Notes under the pieces: model-generated | What the model was told of the DNA's origin: nothing | Seen by the model: only the letters and a program-made list of their open reading frames with translations | Databases searched by the model: none | NCBI RefSeq assembly: GCF_006345805.1 | Contig: NC_042997.1 | Span: 158,534,001 to 158,598,000 of the forward strand | Source of the DNA: Octopus sinensis | Lineage: Eukaryota | Length of the DNA stretch: 64,000 nt | Direction of reading: 5' to 3' | Translations under genes and position numbers: made by a program | Part shown: positions 35,021 to 48,562 of the stretch, in pieces | How the letters are laid out: each line of letters begins with the position of its first letter | Numbering within the stretch: the stretch's first letter is position 1

Positions 35021-38000
35021 TCTTGAGGAAGTCTCATCTCCCTCCTCTCTCGAGACTCCATTTGATGTGCTGCATCATGCCTTTGCTGATCTTGAGAAAG
35101 TCTCATCTCCTTTCTCTCTTCTGGAGAGATTACGTCTTTTCTTTGGTGGCATATGTTTCCAACATTATATACCAACAATTATGGATATAGAAGAAATTAT
35201 ATTGTAATCTCTAATAAGGTAAGCAGCCGTATGTATGTAGCTTGTCTTTATTATTGTATGCAGTATGAATTAATCAAATATAAGCAAATTAACCAAATAG
35301 AGGTACATGTATGAACTACTAATTTGACGGTAACTTTGCAACTGCTGAGATAATTATTAACTGGTAATTGAATGGTAAATGTGTATTTTTATATATATTG
35401 GCCCTGTCACCTCATTGCTCTTTGTCAAAAGTTTCACCTCCACCCGTTCGTTATGTCAGTCAACACACATTGTCACACCATTTCACTCTCGTGACCGTAA
35501 AGACGGAAATTTACCGATGTGTAATATTGTTCACATTAGGATATAATACGAATTAAAAGTGTAAGACTAAAAGCGAAACAGTATTATAGTCTTATCAATT
35601 AGAATTAAAATTAAAAGAATAAAAGCGAAACAGTATTATATCACATTGCAATATAGGTGTTATTTTTCACTTTTGATATGAAATACCTAACCAGTACCAA
35701 TGCTGTATTATTTTAATCCAAATATAAATAATTACATGTTGACAAGCATGTCGATACTCTTACCATGTAGAATTTGATTTGATTTGATTTGGTTGAGACG
35801 TTTGAGAATGCATTGGAAACGGACAAAGAGAAAGAGAACTATATATATATATATATATATATATTTACGCGCGCACACACACAAAATCATTAATCAAGTG
35901 TTATGCGTAATTTTACTTGTAATCTATTTTGTTAAGCAGCTTTTCGGAACTGAAGTAGTTTATGCCACTGAAGAGAACAAAATGCAGTGAATCCTAATAT
36001 ATTTAGTTTACTGCATTTTGTGTGAAACATTTCTACAGTTTCCTCAGGTTTACCAAAGCTTTTGGGATTGAAGTTGATAGACGGACATTCTGTGGAAGTC
36101 AATCGAAGGAGTTTCAACTCTTTTTTTTTTATTCTAAACTTAACTTATTGTCGTGTTTTAACCGCCACCTAGTTTTCGGTTGCCATTAGCAAGGTTTACT
36201 CTCTTGCAAGCAATTCAACTATGTTTCTTGCTTTTTGACCTTCAAAATACTTAATCTTGAGACGAGTCATATGCACTGCCATTACACCTGTAAGCTGTCA
36301 AGAAATTGGATCACAGCAATTCACGAACGTTTCCATGTATTTCTTTGCTACAATAAAAAAAAATGGGTCACAGAAATTCAAGAATGTTTCCACGGATTGC
36401 TTTACTAAAATCAAAAGCCCCAGTATTGATTACACTAGTATGACGAAAACTTCATTGAAGAAGCAGAAGCAGCCTCACCATTTATCAACGCCAGGAATGA
36501 ATTGCCAACTTCGACTGTACCAACTCGTGGATTTGTACTTGATTCTGAACGTATCTGCATGTGATCTGTGGTGTTTAATTGATTGTCTCACGTTATTTTC
36601 ACCACACAAGTAACGACAACCAATTGGATAATATGTTTGATGGTAAATAATTCGATGGTGGTGATATATTTATTAGCACTTTCTTATTGCTGAAGTCTGT
36701 TCCATATAGCTTATTAATGAATTCCATTAATTCTCTTCCCGCATTCATTTAATTCTAATCAAGCTTAGTTTGGCAGTGTAAAAATTAGTTTACATATTCT
36801 TTTTCTACTAGAACATGAAAAACATTGCAAATGCATGACGCCAATAATTCCAACTAACCGAAATTGTAGATAATTAAATAAACGTGAAAGAGAGAAGGTG
36901 AGAGAGAGGAGGGGAAGAAAGAAAAGAGAAAAGTGCAATTAATCTTCTTTAATGACTTTATAAAGTTCTAATTAGGAATTAGTGCTGGAATTTGCGGTGA
37001 AGTATATATTGATTGGCAAAGGCAGACTCAGAATAATTACTTACGTTAAATCTAAATTTCTTGACCATAGGTACAACGCACAAGAATGAAACTAAAGATA
37101 ACTTTTCACGCAAGCTTTTGATATATTTACAATATATTATTCAGCACTTCTTTATTTTTATTTATCCTTACATATACAGGCTTCCCCTTTAAGCTCTTGT
37201 CTCTCACATTGCCCTGGTGTCATTTCTTTCCTGTTGTTTCATTTTTATTTTATTTTATTCTTAAAATTGATATAATTTGTTTACGATTAAACTATCTTAA
37301 AATCTTCGTTTCTATGTGTACATGTATATATTTATATATCCTAGTGTCATTGTCGCTATTCTTAACCGTACATGTTTTACTGTTTTGTGTTTTCTCTTGT
37401 CACATTTGCTAAGAAACTGTTTATCGTGCTTAAAACTTCAACCATCTCTCTCATTCTCTCTCTCTTTCTCTCCCTCTTTCTTCCATTCTCGCACACACAC
37501 ACGCACTTACACACACACACATATTTCCCAACTTTATTCCTTCTAATATAGTAGCGCCAATATGTTCTTCATCCCTTCAAATATTTCAGCACAATTATGG
37601 TTCTAAACCATACTTCTACAAAACAAAAATTTTCTTCGATATTCAACAAAATATTCACATGCAATGTAGACGCAACATGCAACATAAATATCATACGTAA
37701 TCCTGAATCACACAATAGTATAGACACCACCGAGGGAAACCATCCGCGGAACCATGCCCTTGGTGTCTCTTCCAACTGCAAAGCGTCTCTGTTACTGCAT
37801 ATATCAAGAAACCACCATCGCGCCACATGGAGTCTAACATGAGCGGTATTTAATAGGAGTTTTCCAAATGCTAGACCTCACTACAGCCAATAGTATCCCC
37901 TGGATACGAAAATAACCTAAATAGGCTCGCATCACAAAGCTTGGAACTTCTCTTCATGAAAATATTTTAGGCCCAACAAATTACTGACTCACTATAATGC

Positions 38001-38454
38001 ATAAATAAACTACACACAAGAGTATTGTTTCCATATCAGGAACATTACTGCATCCTAAACAACATCGACGAAAGAGACAGTTTAAATCATTAATATTAAA
38101 TCACTCTCAGCTACGCTCCAGCCTCTGGCTTCCTTTTGCGCAGTTTTCTTTATCTTTTCCATCGCTACTATAATAGCCTTCGTAACTTATTTTTATTATT
38201 ACTGCAACTGCCACCCCCATCTTACTCTTCCCACTGTACACAGTTTATCTTCCTCAAGATCTCAGCAATCTCCTCCTTACACATGTATTTTTTACAGGGA
38301 TTGACTTGCTACAATTTAAACGAAACATTAACAGCATCAGTTTCTCTAGCCTCGAATTGTGTGTTGTTATCGTGGGCAATGCCCCTTCACTTAGTATTGC
38401 AAGTTGTACAGCATCTATGGTAGTTAGGTTTTGCATATATATATAAGTAATATA

Positions 38455-38498
<44 letters not shown>

Positions 38499-39569
38499 TA
38501 TATATATATGTGTGTGTGTATATATATGTGTGTATATAGATAGATAGATAGATACATTACTTTACATTTTTTATTGACGACCAAATATTTTATTGATATT
38601 TTCCATATTATTCATCAGAGCTAATATGTATATTTAATGTGTGAGTGTAAGTGTATTTATATTATACATAGTATAATACGTGTATGTGAGTCTGTATTTT
38701 GTGCTTTTATATAACTCGAATTCAATAACATTCAACGTAGATGTTTATTAATATTTATAAATATATGTTTGCATCTTTAGATTTTGAGTCAGTCTGAAAT
38801 GGTGTATTCGTATGTGTATTTCAGTAAAATAGTGATTTATTTTGTGATGGAAATAATAAAACAACATTTGTTGTGAATAAAATTTATATAAACTATAAAA
38901 CATTCATAAATATTCGGATGTGAATTATCATCAGATACACAACAATAGAAAAACACAAAGTTTCGATATGATTAAGAATAGATTCTTAGCTCTACCTTCA
39001 GGCGAAATCAACATCTTTCAGGTCTATTAGAGAAGTGTGATAGGTTACACTTGAGATATGAATATAAGAGGATGATGGTGATGGTGGGGGGGGGCGGTGC
39101 GCAGGGTACTTCAGTGTTTTATTTTTTTCCTTCTCTTGAAATTATTCCGAAATCAAATTGGAGTTTGATAGTCGTTGCCTGTAAATAAATTAATAGATCT
39201 ATCTACATCTATACACATTCACTTCTATACTGTCGTGACATTTACTAAATGGCAAAGTAACGTATATATATTTTTTATATTTTTTAAGCTCTTTTGTATC
39301 GCATTTTGGTAAAATATCAGCGTTTTGCAGTTTAATGGAATTTTAAAAGCATGTTACATTTTTATTCTAATCTGTTCATGTATATGCATATATGCACACA
39401 CACACACACACACACACACATTCATATATTCTTATATAAAAAAAAACACTCATAAGTACACATATTTTTTGTATATATGAATATGTTGTGTATAATATAT
39501 ATGTACATACACATTTATGTATACATGTTACACACACAAAAACACATTTATAATCACGTATACAGAGAT

Positions 39570-40170
39570 GGAACATCGTCGCACGACGATGACGATTCAG
39601 TTACTCGATAAACTGAAATAACTGCTTCTGAATTCACGGAAGCGGTTGCGCATCCTACAAACATGTGTGAACTTAATGTAATTCGCAGGAAAAACTAGCG
39701 TTACCCGATGTGTAATACACTGTACCTTTAGAATAAGAGGTACAATCACCTAAACATCTTTGAAGTTTTCGTCAATCCAAGGTATGGCTGGACATGAGGC
39801 TATAGTAAATGTCATTTCCCCAAGATGTCGTTGAGGGGAATAGTCCCGGGGAACTCATGTTTGTGAAGACAATTTCTCAACTATTCGACCAAAGTATGCT
39901 TACAAATTCTAGCCGTCATATGCAAGCGTGTATGACCTGGTTTTTGTATCGCACATTCATTAACAGATTTTGATGCTTATGTAGATACATGCAGGCAGAG
40001 AGGGATACTATGTTAGTTCTTTCACTATTGACAACAGTGGGTTATGGAAGATATGACTCTTGGAGGGAGAGTAAGCTGCGCCAGTAACTGATCTAATGTT
40101 GAATAGACAAAGCAACATGAAATGAAGTGCCTTGTTCAAGGACACGATACTCTGCAACGTTAAGGAACTG
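39570..40170 (-). mobile_element. Cluster of degenerate antisense SINE fragments (OR/OK-like)
   Basis: 39570-39760 resembles the reverse complement of 790-960. 40110-40150 GCAACATGAAATGAAGTGCCTTGTTCAAGGACAC is the reverse complement of a CORE-like domain. Confidence 0.55.
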
Positions 40171-40957
40171 GGAATCCATTAATATGTATGCACATGTCCG
40201 GGCATGTATTAAGGGGTTCTATACGCCGATCCAATTCCCATTTGGCACCTAGGTACTTTAAACCGTTGTTTACCGAAAAGGAGAGTATATTTTAGATTGC
40301 AAAAGAAGATTATCTTAATCTTGAAAAATGAAAGAAGTATTAAAAACGCGGCATAAAGCATGTTATCCTATAGAATTCCATAAGGAAATGAAAGAGATGG
40401 AAAGATGTGATGGGAAGAAAAGTAGAATGCTAAGACAAACTAGGACCTGAAGTAAATGATGATGCCGGAAGTGAAGAAAAACACGACTGATCAAGACAGT
40501 GGTCAAGTAGAGAGAGTATGGGATGAAAAGTATTGGATGCCAAAAGTGAGGGGTTTAAACGAAACAACGAGAGAAAACTAATAATAAAGGGTAAAGAAAA
40601 AGGCAGAGAATGAAGGGGCGAAGGGTCGTAAAAAGGAAGGAAGAGTAGGGATATGCGAAAGGTGAGGAATGGTAGAGAAGGTTAGAGAAAAAACGAGAAG
40701 ATAAGAGTGTGGAGAGAGAGGGGCAAAAGACAATCAGTATATAGTCGCATATACACACCACTGCTCTATTAGAATGTCCACATATTCGATTCGAATCCCT
40801 TTGTTTTATCTCGTTTCATTTTGTCAAATCCCTACAATGCGATAATTACAACGTCACATACAATAAACGAGAATTTTAAATATTGTGATTGTCGTCTAAC
40901 GAACAAAACAATGTTCTTTGAGCCAGATACTTAAACTTGAATACTTAAATACACGTG

Positions 40958-41026
<69 letters not shown>

Positions 41027-41917
41027 CATGTGTTCAAAGAACAGAAGAGCATGTTGTTGTAGATACTATGAAATTTAATAGCCCTGATGGTTATGTCCTC
41101 ACATCAGTTAATGGACTTCTTTATAATAAATCAATCTAAAATAGTCCATAAATTAGTTACATTGTTGAAAGATATCGGTCAATGCCTTCTCCGGTTAACA
41201 ACACTTCATGTTATTAATAAGACTTTCAGCTGCCGTCGTTTATGCGATGAAAATCCACAACTTTACTATCAACAAATTATCACCGCCTGCTTTAAACAAT
41301 TTAACATTAACAGCCATTTTACTGTATTGTTTTGATTTATTGTATCGCTTGTTTATTAAGAAATGGATGTATTCTGAAATTATCCAGGAAATTAATGTTT
41401 TCCACTGTAATGAGGAATGTTCTGTTCTAGCGATTAATTGGTGTATTGATATCATTGGTTCAATAAAGAAAGAAGGCTCAGTATATTTGTAACTACGAAA
41501 CAATTCAATGTTGTTCGTAAGGCTGATAAATCACATCACACTGCAATGCAGTATTATGTTCTTAGTAGAATCCTCAGTTATTTTGCCCTAGATTTTTCAT
41601 GGTATAAACTGAAAGGATTTCATATAGCTATACTCCAAATATTAATTTAATCAATCGATTGTATATGATTATACAAATACTAACTACATTACATTTATAT
41701 ATATTTGGTGTATAGTAGTTTATTGTGAATGATGCTGATTTCTTTATTTCCATATGATTCGGTGATGCACTATACTAATTCACCAATTACTCGTACTTTG
41801 TTATGAAAGCACTTTTAGTCTAATAAGATATATCACCATGCTAGAAGAACCTGTCTCTACTGGCTTTTAAGCTAAATATATAGAAATTAGATTTTTAACT
41901 TTCAACTGTTGACATAA

Positions 41918-42133
41918 CCCTTTAACACTTAAACAGACCGTATCTGGCCCAAATATTTTACGTGTTTTATTAACAAACTGGGTATCTCTGGCCTTTCATA
42001 CTTACTCTTACAATGTCATTCTAAAAACAAAGTCACACATCAAAATCCTGAATCTATACGATGATGTATGATTAATTGAAACAATGTGAATTAACAAGCT
42101 TTACATGTGGCAGAGTATTTTGTATGAAAGGGG
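41918..42133. mobile_element. piggyBac-like MITE
   Basis: ATAA-CCCTTT ... AAAGGGG-TTAA: CCC/GGG termini with a (near) TTAA target duplication. Confidence 0.6.
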
Positions 42134-42237
42134 TTAAATATTGTCCGTAATCTATTAAAAGAATTTGAACTCATATGTACTGGAAATCCTAATATAACGT
42201 ATAATACCTCCTTGCTTATAGTGTTAAATTGGACATT

Positions 42238-42513
42238 CCATTTGCATATATTTACAACAAACTAAATTAGCAAGCAAAGGATATAAGCACATTTTATGGC
42301 AACGACAGATTATAATGGAGTTTTAGAAGTATTACGATTCCCACACCAACCCACGCGTTTTGTTGTATTAAATTATACATTTGCATATATTTACACCTAG
42401 CTAAATTAAGCTATCAAGAGATATAAGAACAATTTACAGGACTGCCGGAATGCAACGTGTGGATATTTGATATTATTACAACTCCCACGCACACCCACAC
42501 GTTTTCGCTATTT
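42238..42513 (+). repeat. Diverged ~140-bp tandem duplication
   Basis: CATTTGCATATATTTACA..CTAAATTA..GATATAAG.ACA..TATTAC.A.TCCCAC...ACCCAC.CGTTTT occurs at 42239 and 42378. Confidence 0.75.
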
Positions 42514-45500
42514 ACTTCTCTTCTATAAAAACACGTTTCGGCTAAATTACACTAATTTTCCTTTTATATGTGATAATAGAGTGTCCCCTTAATGCTTGCA
42601 CAGCACGACACAATGGTTTAAGCATTAATGTGCTAGCTACACCCTTTACAAGCAAACTGAATTAACAAAGTCCACATTAAGTACAGTCCTTCATCAAATA
42701 TGACGTATATTGCAACACAATTCTAGCTGCCACTAATTACATGCAAAACAAATGTTTGTCTCTGCTCAAACTACCTGCCAATCATTCGAACACTCTCACA
42801 CATTAAGAAATACGAGTAAAATATAGTCATCAACTATAAATAATTCATGCTTCAGCATAATGCATACATCAATATAAAATAATTAGAGAACCCCCAAAGA
42901 AACATATTTCGGCAAAAAAAACAAAATTGCTATTACAAACAAACTGATACGCTACCAAGAAGCTAGAAAAGATTACTCAAAAAGAAAGAAAAAAAAACAG
43001 AATAAAATCACACCTCATAAATATATACGAAGAAGAAACATGAAGAAAAACAAACAAGGATATAACTTATGTTTATGCAGTCGAAATGATAAACCAAACA
43101 ATAAATTCCTATGTATAATAAATTTGACATCATCATCATATCTGCACGACTTCCTCATAGCAATGAAAAAAAGTGAATACCGTTATTAAGTACAATAGTG
43201 AAATTACCCAGATAAAGACTAAAAAAGAAAGAATGAAAACTAGAAAATACCATAAGTGTAATTTCCATTTAAAGCAGTCTTTATTCTTAAAGTATCATCC
43301 ACTTTCTTAATCAGTATTCACCAATAAGCATGGTAGCTATTCCTCTGCTGGCCCGAAACATCAGAATTTCTAGTCTCCTCGTGGTATACGAGTGTGTACA
43401 TGAACAAATGATTGTTTGTCGATGCTGTTCATTACTAGTGCCCTAAACCCCTTTTTGGTTTTGCTCCTTGCATATAACATACATCTTTCCACCTATCTCT
43501 GTTGGTTTCTTTCTTTCTTTCTCTCTCCCTCTCTCTCTCTCTCTCTCTTTCTGGTAAAATGCATATAATTTTCAGGGAATTTTCGCAATTAACAGTAATA
43601 AACAGTATAGCACGGAGTGACAAGTTTGATATTTTTAATTACATACACGCTCTGTACTGATTTTGTCAACGCTAATTCACACACAAGCTTCAGTCGACCC
43701 ACGAAATTATTGCAGAGTCATTTGCCCAAGATGCGATACAGTGTTACAATCCATGTTACACATCTTTTAAGGGGATTAGGTTGCTACTTCTAGCAGATTA
43801 AGCGACTACTTTGAGACCCTATTATTTGTATCATTAACTTATAATGACTTCAGTTATCAAGGGTATTGTGTAGAATACGTAAACTGATATAAATTGTTTT
43901 ATGGTTGATATGATTGAGGAATAGTGTATTAACTGTTCGGTCTTAGTGACAACCGAGAACATTATACTATCAATCATTATATATATATATATATATATAT
44001 ATATGGGGAATTTACTCCAATACTACTTATACCAGTCAATTGAAATGTAGTACATGAAGAGAGTTGATAACCTAGAACAGCAGATATTCTAGACATCTAC
44101 TGTCTTACGCTGCAAAATCTAAAAACATTTTGTTTCAAAACAAACCAGATCTACAAGCAATTATCTGTCATTTTTACAGTACGTTGGTTTTTCCAGAAGC
44201 GACAAAGAATCGTTACTCTATAGGGTATCCAGGGAGATGAATATTTGAATTTTTTGAGAACTTTTCTTCGTTCTTTATGGATGTGAGAGACTAAATCTGT
44301 GTAAGTGTGTGTGTGTGTGTTTGTGTGACACCCGCCTACCTATGTGCGTTTGTTTCGCCAAAATACACCCTGTGATTAATCGACCAACCCGAAATAGCAG
44401 TGAAGTTTTCCATAAACCTTACTTTGAAGAAAAAAAAGTAAAAGTATATATGCAGACAGTCACATGTGTGCGTGTGTGTGTGTGTTTCTGTGGGTGTATT
44501 TATATATTTGTATTACTGCTTGCAATATATCCCCTACCATTTCGCTTTATTTACAAAAGTATGTCTACGTATGTTTAGTTTTATTTTATTTCCAAATGTG
44601 TACATACAATTAACCTTACATGTTTTGTGTACATCACAGTCTGTAGGTTTATGTGTTAGTATTCAGTTGTGAGAGTAATGTGCAAATATGCATGTAGACC
44701 TGTGACGTTATATATGTGTATCTATTCAAATGCAACAGAATAACGAATCAGTGAAAATTTCTTCAGAATGATGTTTCATTCAAATAAAACGACCAGATAA
44801 TCGCAGTTTCAACAGGTGAATGTTACACTCTTGTAAAGAATACGTGAATAGTACACTTTCAGCTTATAATAGAAAGAAATTCAATTTCCCGTATGGTGTT
44901 CATGTAATTGTTTTGTGTTGTAGCTGTTGCTGTTACTGCAATATTTATTGTTTGGTAAAAGAGTTTCACAAACAAAGGTAGATAAATTAGTGAGCATGAC
45001 AGGTTTGTGATTTTCATTTAGTGTTAATGTTCTGAAGTATAATACCTTAGCGTAGATGTAGTTCGGTAACACAATATTAGAGTGTTGCTGAGTACTCTTT
45101 GAAGTCTGTTCTAATATGTCATCTATCATGTTGGTGCTAATCTATTTTGCAAGGATGCAACTAAATTTCTATATTAACTATTTGATTTGTTACTTTAAAA
45201 GCAATTATGTGATTTCGTCTGACAGTGAATGGACGTTGGAACATTGATCAAAATGTTACTGAAGAGACTCGATTTACTCTAACACTTTACATCTCTAAAT
45301 CCAGAATAGGCTAAAAGGCAATCGGATGCAAAATTACTAAAACACGATTTGCATGAAAATCAAAACCCAAGTTGGAATGTTCAAAGTATGGCACATTCAT
45401 CAAAAATCCAGCATGAAATAATGCAGTGAAGAAAATTGATAATAGCCAAAGAATGATATATTACTTCTATAAGTTCAGGACACAAAACCAAACGTGGTTC

Positions 45501-46551
45501 AATCTTATTCTGATCTCATTAACGAAGAGTAAACTTCTGAGATCTGTCGGAATAATGATATTACAATCATTAAATAAAGATATTAGAATGCATATTAGAT
45601 TTAGAAACTGGTCGGCATACATAACTGAACACATTGCACTAACTTTGTGGGCATCAAACATCAGAAATACTCAGCCTTTTATTATTGTTACTCATTCTTC
45701 TGACAAATGGATAATTCTCCATAGTGCTTTAATGTTTAAATGAAAAAAACACTTCTCCAAGAATCAATTTTTTGCACTTATTCTCTCGTTGAAGAAAAAT
45801 TTCTTTATTGTTCTTGTTATTGCTTTTGCTGTAAATTTTATGCTGCATTATTTTATGACTTATTGTACAGCATGAACACTTGAACCTTTTCTCAAATACT
45901 AACAGAAATACCAGGCGTTTCCTAAATAACGGTAGAAAGTAGTTTGCTTTAAGAACAAGCATCAAAGAAACAATTTAGCTGTAAACTTTACATACTACTT
46001 TGAATGCGTGCATGAAGTTCCTTCATGGGCGATATTAGCAGTAAATGGTGTCATTTTGGATGCATATAGACACAGAGGATTTAATGTTTTAAAGAGCATA
46101 CTTGGACTCAATAGGTGAGCTTGTTAGCAGTATGCTTAAAGGTTCTTGTCTCTCTGGAAACATTCCTTCATGAAGAGCTATTTCCCGAATTGAAAGAGAC
46201 TAATATATAAAAACTAATAACACAGTATTCGGTGCTTTAACAAGGCATCCATGTTAAGTTGGATATAAAAACTACTTGTTGGTAATTCGTTTCTTTAAAT
46301 GCGTGGTGCGTAAATATGTCACCCCAGCAAAATATGAAGAAGCTACTGAGAATACTTGCCTTTTATATATACAAAGAGGAGGGAGATGATTTTCTGAAAT
46401 CGTGTTCTGAAATTGTTGTAGTGTTTTTAACGCATTTACAAAAAGACATTTGCTTAGCTGACATATTCTTGGTATGATAGTTAACGTTTGTAAAGACAAC
46501 ATTTTTCTCAAAGTCAAATATGCTGTAGGTATTACTTATTGTACCAATATG

Positions 46552-46640
46552 TACGATGGTGGGCTGAAATGTTCATAGGCTGGCTATGGATGAGTGACGC
46601 CAAATCTGTGAAACTTGTGTGCCTAATTTGTACTTTTATT
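46552..46640 (+). mobile_element. Mariner-like terminal fragment
   Basis: TA-CGATGGTGGGCTGAAATGTTCATAGGCTG resembles mariner TIRs; no partner end found. Confidence 0.4.
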
Positions 46641-48509
46641 CATAACTGCCGCATTTTTTTCGTTTCTCTTTTGCTGGTCCTTTTATTCTTCTTTTATAAT
46701 TTCAATGCATCTGGGATGATTATAGAAATGTAAATTGAACCACAGGGAACATGTCACAGAAAATAATACAAGAAAAATAATTAAAATATGCTTAAAGCAT
46801 TGTTTTATTTTAGTCACTGAATAAATTATGATATCTTTACATTCAACTCACATACGTTGACTTGTCATTCTATACAAGCCATACATTATCAATTATTAAG
46901 AAATAGAAAAAATGTCGTTTGTTAAATCTCTTAATCTATAATTTATGTTATTTAAATGAAATTTGACAAATGTTTCATGTGTTTGGTTCTGAGTAAAGAT
47001 TGTTCCATTTCTCTTGTGATATTTTTGTTCACCTACAAATCGACTCCAGTACTTCACTATTACATTTATTTATCAGCTTCGAAAGAAGGGAATGTAAAAT
47101 CGAGATTGCTGAGAATTAAACTTAGAAGATAAGGGAATGTAAATCGCGGGAAACATTTTATCTGATGTTCCAATGAAAATTTGAGCCGATCTACAACAAA
47201 ATTTATTCCAACCATGGCAGTTCGAAGTTATTTTTTTCTTTTCTTTTCATCGGGCATACTGAAAACTGGACATTATTCAATATATCTTCGATATAAAAAA
47301 AATATATACATATAATTTGAAGAAAGATTTGAATGCTACTTCAGACAGAGAGATCACTTGAACCATCCAACTGATAAGAGCTTTTCTCTTCGAATCGTCG
47401 GTTGTACTGCATAGATTTTAGTTACAGGGGGGATTGATTATAAAACAATCGTTTCTAAATTTATCTGAAACAAAGCCTACTGTTACTTATCGAAGTCCAG
47501 AATATCTATGATAGTCGATTTCCTTCAAGAAGTCTGGCCTGGTCATTCAGTGTTGACCAAAGCAAAATAATTACAAGAACCATCACAACGCCATCCGAAT
47601 CCTCTGATTTAAGGCTCAGTTTTTTCAGTGTTAACAGGCAAGAAGATTTATTTACGTAACGCCCAATCATTTACAATCAGATTCCTTTTACGTAAAAAGT
47701 TGTAAAGAGACCCATTTATGCTATGAACTGCTACGAAATCTCACACATATTACACTCTAATTCCATAAGAAAGGCAGTATAGGTTTAGTTCTAACAAAAT
47801 GGCAGCATGTTCATCGCTATAACACCTTGAGAAAATCTTCCGATCAAGGGTTAAACAACAAGAAATTTGAAAAACTTTACAATGAAGCACATTTACCATT
47901 GCAATATTATAAATATATATGCACCTATTATTTTGTATCCTCGAATAAAGAGTTTGACATTGACATTTTTCTGTGTAGTTTTAATATTTTTCCTGTATAA
48001 AATTCTGGAAGCTGCACTATGGATAAATACTAATTCACTACACTCTGGATATAAATGAAGATGTTTTTCTTTATTTCATTCGCTGTTCGCTACTCAAAAA
48101 GTTCGCAAATTCTACTAACTACATAGAAATGTTTCAAGTTAAATCGTAAGGGAAAGGCAGTGTACCTAATCATCATATCCTTTGAATCCCACATTCCTTT
48201 AAGATACTGAGTTCTGCTTTTCTCCAATTAGAGATTGCTACATTGCAGAACACAACATCAGTGAAGCAATGTGTAAACTATAAGAAATAATGTTGCTAAA
48301 TTTTTGTTCCGCATCGAATTACTCATAGCTCAGATAGTAAAAAACTAATATACAGCGAAGTGGGATGGGAAACTTGTTAAACAGAAGTACGTGATATTCA
48401 CTCTTAAGGTTGGAAACGACACTCAAGTTTATAGTCCAATGTTAAAACATCTGTGAAATATATGAGATGTTAAAATGCGCGCGTGCGCGCACACACAGAC
48501 ACACACACA

Positions 48510-48562
<53 letters not shown>

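Noticed and set aside
35568-35640. 21-bp direct repeat TAAAAGCGAAACAGTATTATA x2 (CRISPR-like spacing)
   Set aside because: Only two copies in eukaryotic DNA with no cas genes; a simple local duplication.
36290-36640. ~60-bp diverged tandem pair and a weak Cys/His (gag knuckle-like) reading on the - strand
   Set aside because: Too degenerate to assign.
38950-39005. Hammerhead-like CTGAAGG...hairpin...GAAAC on the - strand (also ~50860-50890 and ~57428-57462)
   Set aside because: No convincing stem I/III closure and the core is mutated.
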